From: Flavobacteriales bacterium
GTDB lineage: Bacteria > Bacteroidota > Bacteroidia > Flavobacteriales_D > JABDKJ01
Length of the DNA stretch: 39,047 nucleotides
Assembly: GCA_013001705.1 (NCBI GenBank)
Contig: JABDLZ010000310.1
Span: 1 to 39,047 of the forward strand
Direction of reading: 5' to 3'
Shown here: positions 18,431 through 25,745 of the stretch, piece after piece
Layout: each line of letters begins with the position of its first letter
How positions within the stretch are numbered: position 1 is the first letter of the stretch
Position numbers and translations under genes: made by a program
Notes under the pieces: model-generated
Database searches by the model: none
What the model saw: only the letters and a program-made list of their open reading frames with translations
Told to the model about the DNA's origin: nothing

Positions 18431-19711
18431 ATGAGAAATATCTTTCATACCCTGACTATAATGTCCCTCGCGGTAATCCTTGTGGGTTGTGCGGGTTCGC
18501 AAGAGCTGAGTTCCTATGACGATGTCTATTACTCGCCTGGCGATGAGGAATTGGTGGCCACGGTAGATGATGCGTATATCGATTCAGAAGTGACCGACCC
18601 CGTGGATACGGAGTATGAAGAAGACTATTACGACCCTGAGTCGATCGAAGAGTATCGCACGCGTGACCAAGTGGTCAATAACTACTACTTCGATGACTAC
18701 TACTATTCCAATCGAATGAGGAGATTCAGTCCTCGGGCCAATTTCGGTTTCGGATACTACGATCCATTTCTTACATACAATTATTGGAACGCCTATGACC
18801 CATTCTTTTGGGGGCCAAGACCATGGAGACCTTATGGATTCAGTCCAGGTTGGGGATTCGGTTGGAACAACAATTTCGGTTGGTCGGCCGGCTTCAACTA
18901 CGGTTGGGGAGGCTACGGATTCTATGATCCTTTCTACTCTTATGGCGGATGGGGTTATAATCCCTACGGGCTGTATGGGAATGCCTATTGCCCTTCCTAC
19001 GGAGGATTCGGCTACGGTGATGGACTTTATTCTAGCACTCCTATCTATCGAGGACAATACAATTCCATCGGTTCGTTCACATCACGTGCGACCAACTCAT
19101 TGGGCAGAGGAGTCAAGTCAGAAGTAGCGACCGGTGGAATGCAGGACCTCAGACCCACTGCTCAGCCTACTGATGCCAACACACAAACACGTCCCGTAGT
19201 ACAAGGAACACGTCCCGTTGATCAAGGGTCACGTCCTGTAGAACAAGGAACCCGTCCTGTGCAGAACGATTGGCAGAAGCCACGAGTAGCAGGAACATCA
19301 CCGGCTCAACGACCGGTCGATAGGGAGGTGCGACCTTCAAGCACTCGACCTGCAACCAATACAAGCAGACCCGCTACGACCCAAGGTCAGGACTACTACG
19401 CACCTAGGCCAACACGAACGGATTTCTCAAGCCCTGACAGGGATACACGTCCAGTCCGGGATAATGGGCAGTACAAGCCTTCTCGAGAAGTGCGACCGTC
19501 TCCAACACCTCGACAGAGAGAGATATCGCGACCTTCCAGACCCAATTCGAACTCTACGATCCAACGGAATACATCACGGACTTCTACACCGCGATCGACC
19601 GTACGGTCCAGTAGTCCTTCACGATCGACCGGGAGCAGCATCAAACGCAGTTCCACCACCACCAAACCTCCAGCGTCAACAAGAGGAAGCCGTTCAGGAG
19701 GTAGACGATGA
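18431..19711 (+). CDS. lipoprotein with tripartite low-complexity architecture (acidic/Tyr, aromatic-Gly, basic RP/Ser/Thr tail); function unknown
   Basis: Lipobox 'LVGC' (Cys20). aa 24-93 are rich in D, E and Y. aa ~101-210 are dominated by G, Y, F, W and N. aa 240-426 are Arg/Pro/Ser/Thr-rich with 14 RP dipeptides. The stop overlaps the next ATG (ATGA 19708-19711). Confidence 0.7.
   Translation: MRNIFHTLTIMSLAVILVGCAGSQELSSYDDVYYSPGDEELVATVDDAYIDSEVTDPVDTEYEEDYYDPESIEEYRTRDQVVNNYYFDDYYYSNRMRRFSPRANFGFGYYDPFLTYNYWNAYDPFFWGPRPWRPYGFSPGWGFGWNNNFGWSAGFNYGWGGYGFYDPFYSYGGWGYNPYGLYGNAYCPSYGGFGYGDGLYSSTPIYRGQYNSIGSFTSRATNSLGRGVKSEVATGGMQDLRPTAQPTDANTQTRPVVQGTRPVDQGSRPVEQGTRPVQNDWQKPRVAGTSPAQRPVDREVRPSSTRPATNTSRPATTQGQDYYAPRPTRTDFSSPDRDTRPVRDNGQYKPSREVRPSPTPRQREISRPSRPNSNSTIQRNTSRTSTPRSTVRSSSPSRSTGSSIKRSSTTTKPPASTRGSRSGGRR
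19187..19270 (+). repeat. in-frame 4 x 21-bp imperfect tandem repeat encoding (T/S)RPVxQG heptads
   Basis: Units are acacgtcccgtagtacaagga / acacgtcccgttgatcaaggg / tcacgtcctgtagaacaagga / acccgtcctgtgcagaacgat, encoding TRPVVQG-TRPVDQG-SRPVEQG-TRPVQND. Confidence 0.85.
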
Positions 19712-21192
19712 TCAGAGAATTGAATCATTTATGGGCTGCGCTGAGCATAGCATGGCTGAGTTTCGCATGTGTCTCGATCCAGGCACAGAGCGAGTCAGAT
19801 GTAATGCTTTATAGTTCTCATGATATCTATGGAAGTGCCAGATTCAGTGCAATGGGAAGTTCCTTCGGTGCGCTCGGTGGGGACATCTCTACCATGTCGA
19901 CCAATCCGGCTGGATTGGGGCTTTTCAGAAGCGGTGAATTCACCTTGACCCCGGCTCTGATCACATCAAACACGAACTCATCTTACTACGGGAATGAAAT
20001 AGAAGAAAGCGACATAGACTTTGCTTTCACCAATTTGGGCTATGCTCAAGTCTATGAATTGGACCATGATAAATGGAAATATGCGCAGTTCGGATTTGCA
20101 TTCAATCGGCTGAAGGATTTCCATGCAGATAGGACCTTGAATGGGCGACAAGATGAGAGCTCCTTGCTCGACCTGATCGCTGGTGAAGCTCTAGGGGTGG
20201 ACACCAATGATATCATCAGCTATGATCCATTCTATATCGCACCAGCATATTTCACCTTTTTGATAGACCCCTATGTCGATTCCGATGGGTTCTTCTATGA
20301 AGATGTCATCCCGGATGGAACACGACTGGACCAGGATATTTCGATATCTCAGCGCGGACGGATGTCAGAGACCGTCTTCGGTGGGGCCGCCAACTACGAT
20401 GATCGCTTATATATCGGTTTTTCCATGGCCTTTCAGCGGGCCATACGAGATGAACTGATGCTCTTCAGAGAGACCGTGGTGGATACCGGTATGACCGAAT
20501 TGGATTTCTACGAATTCGATCAGGACTTGGAAGTCAGAGGGGATGGGGTCAACATCAAATTGGGCGCCATCTATCGAGCCACCGACAACATCCGTATAGG
20601 AGGTTCTTATACCTCCCCGACCTGGTTCTCTTTCAGTAATACCTGGTCTACTTCCTGGTATTCTAGATTCGACAACGGGGATACCTATGCCGAATCTTCT
20701 TTTGCCATAGGCTTGAATCAATATAGATTCAGGTCACCTAGCCGATTAACAGCCAGTCTCGGACTGATCATCGCTAAGCAAGCGGCACTGAACATAGAAT
20801 ATGAATACCTGGATTTCAGTGGGGCGAAATTCAGTCGTGCGGCAGGTACCGATCTGGATTTCAGTGTCGAGAACAATGAGATTGCCAGACAATATGTGCC
20901 TGTAGGCAATCTCAGAATAGGAGGGGAGTGGAGATACAAGACCATTAGTCTTCGTGGTGGTTTCGCCTATTATCCCAGCCCATTTGAAGAAGGCCTGACC
21001 ATCAGCAGTGCTGATAGATATCAGTATTCTACCGGCTTGGGATACCGTAAGGACCGCTTCAATCTAGACCTCGCCTATCGCATTTCTCGCAGTGTCTCGG
21101 ATTATTATCCCTACGATCCCGATATCATCGCTGCGGCTGAGATAGAGGATGAGGTACACGCCCTCATGCTCACTTTGGGATTCAGATTCTGA
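19708..21192 (+). CDS. outer-membrane beta-barrel protein, FadL/TodX/PorV-like superfamily (putative)
   Basis: Signal peptide ending 'SIQAQS'. The N-terminal 'SARFSAMGSSFGALGGDISTMSTNPAGLG' resembles the conserved N-terminal motif of FadL/TodX and PorV barrels. Amphipathic strands alternate throughout, and the C-terminus has an OMP beta-signal ('LTLGFRF'). Confidence 0.6.
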   Translation: MIRELNHLWAALSIAWLSFACVSIQAQSESDVMLYSSHDIYGSARFSAMGSSFGALGGDISTMSTNPAGLGLFRSGEFTLTPALITSNTNSSYYGNEIEESDIDFAFTNLGYAQVYELDHDKWKYAQFGFAFNRLKDFHADRTLNGRQDESSLLDLIAGEALGVDTNDIISYDPFYIAPAYFTFLIDPYVDSDGFFYEDVIPDGTRLDQDISISQRGRMSETVFGGAANYDDRLYIGFSMAFQRAIRDELMLFRETVVDTGMTELDFYEFDQDLEVRGDGVNIKLGAIYRATDNIRIGGSYTSPTWFSFSNTWSTSWYSRFDNGDTYAESSFAIGLNQYRFRSPSRLTASLGLIIAKQAALNIEYEYLDFSGAKFSRAAGTDLDFSVENNEIARQYVPVGNLRIGGEWRYKTISLRGGFAYYPSPFEEGLTISSADRYQYSTGLGYRKDRFNLDLAYRISRSVSDYYPYDPDIIAAAEIEDEVHALMLTLGFRF

Positions 21193-22968
21193 TCACATCT
21201 GCTCAGGTACCCTCACTCCTAATAGGCGCATTCCGCTCGATATGACTCTGGCTACGGTTTCCAGTATCGCTATCCGTGTTTGCACCACTGATGGAGCATC
21301 GTCATCGGATAGGATAGGGACGCTTTGGTAGTAGTGATTGAAGGTCTTGACCAGATCGTAGATATAGTTTGCGATCAGAGCAGGGCTGTATTGTTCGGCT
21401 GCCTCTTCAATGATCGAGGGATATCCATTCAACACAACGATGATATCCCGCTCTTTTTCATGTAAGGGATGACCGGTCTCTACCGCAGCCTGACCCTTGT
21501 AACGTCTTAGAATACTCTTGATGCGGGCATGGGTGTACTGGATGAACGGAGCAGTATTGCCCGTGAAATCGATGGATTCTTCAGGGTTGAACATCATCCG
21601 TTTACGGGGATCCACCTTCAACAGGAAGTACTTCAATGCACCCAGACCTATCGATTCGAAGAGATCCTGGCTTTCATCTTCATCGATTCCATCCAATTTG
21701 CCTAGTTCTTCTGTAGTGGCCCGTGCCGTCTCTACCATCTCTTCCATCAGGTCATCGGCATCTACTACGGTGCCCTCACGGGTCTTCATCTTGCCTTGCG
21801 GGAGCTCTACCATCCCATAGCTCAGGTGGTGACAGTTCTTGGCCCAAGAATATCCTAGCTTATCCAGAATGAGGAATAGGACTTTGAAATGGTACTCCTG
21901 CTCGTTTCCTACAGTATATATCTGAGCGGCAAGCCCGGGATTTTCTTCAAATCGCATGATGGCCGTACCGATATCCTGCGTCATATATACAGTCGTGCCG
22001 TCCGATCGTTGAAGGATCTTGCGGTCGAGTCCTTCATCGGTGAGGTCTACCCATATGGACCCATCGGGGTCTTGGCTGAAGATGCCTTTCTCAACTCCTT
22101 CTAATACGACCTTGCGGCCCAACAGGTAGGTCTCCGATTCATAGTAGTTCTTATCGAATGAGACACCCATGCGATCATAGGTGGCTTTCCATCCGGTATA
22201 GACCCATTCATTCATCCTATTCCACAATGCGCGCGTCTCAGGATCTTTCTCCTCCCATTGGCGCAATAGCTCTCGGACGGCCAGCATACTTGGAGCTTGC
22301 TTTTTGGCCTCCTCTTCACTCATTCCTTCTTCTACCAAAGAGGCTAGCTCAGCCTTATACTTCTTATCGAAATCCACGTAGTATTTGCCGACCAGGAGGT
22401 CGCCTTTTATCCCGCTGCTCTCCGGAGTGAGCTTGTCCTCACTCACTGACCAACTATACATCGATTTGCAGATGTGTATACCTCGATCGTTGATGATCTG
22501 CACTTTCTTGACGGGATGACCATGTGCTTTGAGGATCTCTGATACCGACCAGCCCAAGAAATTATTTCTCAGATGTCCGAGATGGAGAGGTTTGTTGGTG
22601 TTGGGTGAGGAGTACTCCACCATGAGCAGATCTTTGGAATCCGGCTCGGCCATTCCATATCGCTCCTGATCGTGCATGTCTTTCAATCGGGCGACCCAGA
22701 AAGCATGACTCAGTTCCAGATTGAGGAAACCCTTGACCACATTATAATCCGCTACGATATCGCTCGATTCCTTCAGGTGCTGACCGATGTCTTCCCCTAT
22801 CTGTTCGGGGGATTTCTTCAGGGCTTTGGTGAGGGGGAAGGTGACCAGGGTCATCTCACCCTTGAAATCCTTGCGGGTCTTCTGCCACTGAATATTCCAT
22901 GATTGCTCACCAGCTGATCCATCGAGATAAGACCGGACTTCTTGGTCCAATTCCTTTGCTACATCCAT
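21193..22968 (-). CDS. argS: arginine--tRNA ligase
   Basis: 591 aa with 'SSPNTNKPLHLGHLRN' (HIGH region), an anticodon-binding DALR-type C-terminus and terminal Met. Confidence 0.95.
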   Translation of the reverse strand: MDVAKELDQEVRSYLDGSAGEQSWNIQWQKTRKDFKGEMTLVTFPLTKALKKSPEQIGEDIGQHLKESSDIVADYNVVKGFLNLELSHAFWVARLKDMHDQERYGMAEPDSKDLLMVEYSSPNTNKPLHLGHLRNNFLGWSVSEILKAHGHPVKKVQIINDRGIHICKSMYSWSVSEDKLTPESSGIKGDLLVGKYYVDFDKKYKAELASLVEEGMSEEEAKKQAPSMLAVRELLRQWEEKDPETRALWNRMNEWVYTGWKATYDRMGVSFDKNYYESETYLLGRKVVLEGVEKGIFSQDPDGSIWVDLTDEGLDRKILQRSDGTTVYMTQDIGTAIMRFEENPGLAAQIYTVGNEQEYHFKVLFLILDKLGYSWAKNCHHLSYGMVELPQGKMKTREGTVVDADDLMEEMVETARATTEELGKLDGIDEDESQDLFESIGLGALKYFLLKVDPRKRMMFNPEESIDFTGNTAPFIQYTHARIKSILRRYKGQAAVETGHPLHEKERDIIVVLNGYPSIIEEAAEQYSPALIANYIYDLVKTFNHYYQSVPILSDDDAPSVVQTRIAILETVARVISSGMRLLGVRVPEQM

Positions 22969-22971
22969 TTG

Positions 22972-23907
22972 TCAATCCTTTTTAGGTAGGAATACCTCTG
23001 CCATCATACAGCGTGCACTGCCTCCTCCACAGGCTTCGATGGTATCGAGCGGGCTGTGCAGGATGTCATTGTATTTCTGAAGTCGGTCTAATTGCTCGGA
23101 GTCCAGACTGTGATAGGCGGCACTGGACATGACCAGAAGAGCGCCATTCTTACCTTCTACCTGAAGCATGTTCCCGGCAAATTGTTCGACCTGCTCCTCA
23201 GTGATCTCGATGATCTCCTTGTTACTGTCCTCGATGGTCTCTATCACCTCATGACGTTCTTCCAGATCATCGATGCTATCCAGACAGATCACTACGAAGC
23301 GATCGGCTACACACATCATCACATTGGTGTGATAGATGGGAAGTCTTTCGTCACCTACCGTCTGGTTTGCGTGGAATAGACAAGGGCGGTAGTCCATTTC
23401 TCTGCAGAAATCGTAGAGCAATTGCTCGTCTGTCCGTTCGGATATGGCGGCATAGGCTATCCTGTTCTCACGGTCCAGCACCACACTGCCGGTGCCTTCT
23501 AGGAAGCGGCCTTCATTCTCAGCTTCTGACATATCCACCACTTGGTCTATACGCAGTCCTTTATCCTTGAGGTGATCCAGTATCTCAATCCTTCTTTCTG
23601 TCCTGCGGTTCTCAGCAAACATGGGATACAGTACCACTGTTCCAGAACGATGGAATGAGACCCAATTATTGGGAAAAATGCTATCGGGAGTGTCTTTATG
23701 GGAGGTGTCCTGTACCACAGTGACCTCCACACCATGTGCCCTCAGTTCCTCTACAAAACCTTCGAACTCACTTCTGGCCTTGGCCTGTATCTCATCGGCA
23801 CTATGACGACCTGACTTCTGCTGGTAGAAATTATTCTCTGCAGTCTGTTCGTTGTATCGGAAGGCCACAGGAGAGACCATGAGTATGTGGTCGGTATACT
23901 GTTTCAT
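22972..23907 (-). CDS. pentein (guanidino-group-modifying) superfamily enzyme, arginine-deiminase-related / CtlX-like putative citrullinase
   Basis: N-terminus 'ILMVSPVAFRYNEQTAENNFYQ' and C-terminal catalytic-Cys motif 'GGGSARCMMAEVF'. ATG 23907 forms an ATGA overlap with the upstream stop. The ORF-track start at 23946 would overlap by 43 nt. Confidence 0.72.
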   Translation of the reverse strand: MKQYTDHILMVSPVAFRYNEQTAENNFYQQKSGRHSADEIQAKARSEFEGFVEELRAHGVEVTVVQDTSHKDTPDSIFPNNWVSFHRSGTVVLYPMFAENRRTERRIEILDHLKDKGLRIDQVVDMSEAENEGRFLEGTGSVVLDRENRIAYAAISERTDEQLLYDFCREMDYRPCLFHANQTVGDERLPIYHTNVMMCVADRFVVICLDSIDDLEERHEVIETIEDSNKEIIEITEEQVEQFAGNMLQVEGKNGALLVMSSAAYHSLDSEQLDRLQKYNDILHSPLDTIEACGGGSARCMMAEVFLPKKD

Positions 23908-24836
23908 TTGTCCTGATCTAAACGTATCAAAGGCATGGTACTGCATCGCAGTAGCCCGCCCATCTTCGAGACTTCGTCATACTTGATTTCCTCTACCATG
24001 AATCCTCGCTCTCTCAGTTCGGAATTCAAGCGAGTGAAGGACGAATTCGAGACGATCACTTCGGTGGAGATGGAGAAGACATTGGGGAACATGTAGTAGA
24101 ACTCTTCCCGATCGACATCTATCAGATTCTCATTGCCGAATACATGCTCCAGAAAGTCCAGATCGGCCTCGTGCTTGAATCCACCTCGATAGATGATGGC
24201 CTGGTCTGTACCTATCGGTTGGAAACAGCAATCCAAGTGGAGAACTCCCTCCCGGGGATCGGTATCGTGTTTGTGCAATTGGAAGCCCCTCACTTTCATG
24301 GAGGGAAATAAGGATCGGAGTCGGTTCAGCGCTTTTTCATTGGTGCGAGCGGTCTTGTACTTATTGAACTCATCCTCAGGGCTATAGCCTACGAATAGAT
24401 AGCCTTTCCAAGGCATAACATCGCCTCCTTCTACATATACGCCCTCTTCTAATTCAATGATATGGTCTTCATGGATCTGCGAGATGACATGTTGTATGCC
24501 ATTCACTTCCTCGGCCCGGTCTTCGATGATATTGGGAATGATGAACCGATCCCCGATAGCCATACAGATATCACGTGCGAAAACTTGGTTGAGTTCATCC
24601 AACTCGGTCGGTCGGAAGACCTCTACGCCATGTGACTCCAGTACATCCCTGAACTGAGTCATCTCCTCGCGTACATCCGACTGCTGAGGATAGATTCCGA
24701 GTTGTACACTTTCATAGGATTTGGCATCATAGCACTCCTCCAATGTAGGAGTACTACCCATAAGCGCGGCACTGCCTAGGACGACCTTCTTGAGTCGTCC
24801 AGTTTCACTATAGATATGGGGAATGATGCCTTCCAT
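23904..24836 (-). CDS. pentein superfamily enzyme, DDAH / arginine-deiminase / amidinotransferase-like
   Basis: 'LHLDCCF' (catalytic His region) and C-terminal 'GGLLRCSTMP' catalytic Cys. ATG 24836 is preferred because a perfect TATTTTTG -7 box lies 11 nt upstream of it, downstream of the ORF-track GTG 24890. Confidence 0.72.
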   Translation of the reverse strand: MEGIIPHIYSETGRLKKVVLGSAALMGSTPTLEECYDAKSYESVQLGIYPQQSDVREEMTQFRDVLESHGVEVFRPTELDELNQVFARDICMAIGDRFIIPNIIEDRAEEVNGIQHVISQIHEDHIIELEEGVYVEGGDVMPWKGYLFVGYSPEDEFNKYKTARTNEKALNRLRSLFPSMKVRGFQLHKHDTDPREGVLHLDCCFQPIGTDQAIIYRGGFKHEADLDFLEHVFGNENLIDVDREEFYYMFPNVFSISTEVIVSNSSFTRLNSELRERGFMVEEIKYDEVSKMGGLLRCSTMPLIRLDQDK

Positions 24837-24847
24837 TTCGTAGGCGC

Positions 24848-24855
24848 CAAAAATA
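24848..24855 (-). promoter_or_regulatory. -7 promoter box TATTTTTG (TAnnTTTG) for the pentein-pentein-argS gene string
   Basis: Perfect match on the minus strand. A TTTC at the -33 position (24877-24874) lies 18 nt upstream. There are 11 nt from the box to ATG 24836. Confidence 0.45.
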
Positions 24856-24905
24856 CGTGTTTGGGCATGCCATGAAACCTTGATATCCACCTCACGTACA
24901 AAGCT

Positions 24906-25631
24906 ATGAGCGACAAGCTATTTATGAGAGTTATTGGAATTGTAATCCTTCTATTGATAGTATTCACCGTGTGGGTCTCCTGCACTGAGGATAACTCGAT
25001 TTTTGGAGACTATATCGAAGAAGGGCGCATAGAATATGCGGTATCCTTCCCCCATATGGAGCCTGACAATGTCATGTCCTCCATCCTACCTGAGAAGATG
25101 TATGTCAACTTCAAGGGAAACAAGTATAATTCAGAGTTCAACACCTACGGTGGCGTATTCAAGAATCGGATCACCGTGGATACGGAGCAGCGGAAATACT
25201 CCCAGATGCTCAAGATATTCAAGAAACGATTGGCCTGTGAGTATGATAAAGTGGACATCGATGAGATGATGCTGGACTTTCCACCATTCACCATCATCCA
25301 ATCCGATATCATAGACACCTTGGCAGGGATTCCTTGTAAGAAGGCCAAAGGAGTCTTCTATGATATCGAGGCCGAAGAGATAGATATCTACTATACCGAT
25401 CGTATCAAGGTGAAAAACCCCAATTGGTGCTCTCCTTTCTCAGAACTGGACGGATTTCTGATGGGTTATGATGTGGATATGTTCGATATCAGACTGCGAC
25501 TCACGGCAAAGAACCTGGAGCAGATGCCCATAGATGAGTCAGAATTCTCGATGGCAGAGGACTACAAGATGGTCTCCTACAAGTACATCAAAGTAGAGAT
25601 CGAGAAGTTGATGGACTCTTTCGACATCTGA
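24906..25631 (+). CDS. hypothetical lipoprotein / membrane-anchored protein
   Basis: 241 aa. N-terminal hydrophobic helix followed by 'VSCTEDN', a weak lipobox with acidic residues just after the Cys. No recognisable catalytic motif. Confidence 0.55.
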   Translation: MSDKLFMRVIGIVILLLIVFTVWVSCTEDNSIFGDYIEEGRIEYAVSFPHMEPDNVMSSILPEKMYVNFKGNKYNSEFNTYGGVFKNRITVDTEQRKYSQMLKIFKKRLACEYDKVDIDEMMLDFPPFTIIQSDIIDTLAGIPCKKAKGVFYDIEAEEIDIYYTDRIKVKNPNWCSPFSELDGFLMGYDVDMFDIRLRLTAKNLEQMPIDESEFSMAEDYKMVSYKYIKVEIEKLMDSFDI

Positions 25632-25719
25632 ATCAATCCCCCATTTCTTAGGCAATAGAGCCAACATTCTGCTGTTGATATAGGAGGTCTTCTTCCCCAT
25701 GAAGGGCGATGACCACTCC

Positions 25720-25727
25720 TACATTTG
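25720..25727 (+). promoter_or_regulatory. -7 promoter box TACATTTG (TAnnTTTG) for ftsK
   Basis: Perfect match with 18 nt to ATG 25746. The ORF-track TTG start (25725) is the last three bases of this box. Confidence 0.45.
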
Positions 25728-25745
25728 TTGAATACAGCAGATACT

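Noticed and set aside
18584-19057. A 157-aa ORF antisense to the aromatic-Gly block of the lipoprotein gene.
   Set aside because: It is a by-product of the low-complexity, stop-poor codon composition of the sense strand. It has no start context and no promoter box.
19187-19270. The short tandem repeat as a possible CRISPR-like or regulatory repeat.
   Set aside because: The units are 21 bp, contiguous with no spacers, and in frame within a CDS. It is a coding minisatellite.
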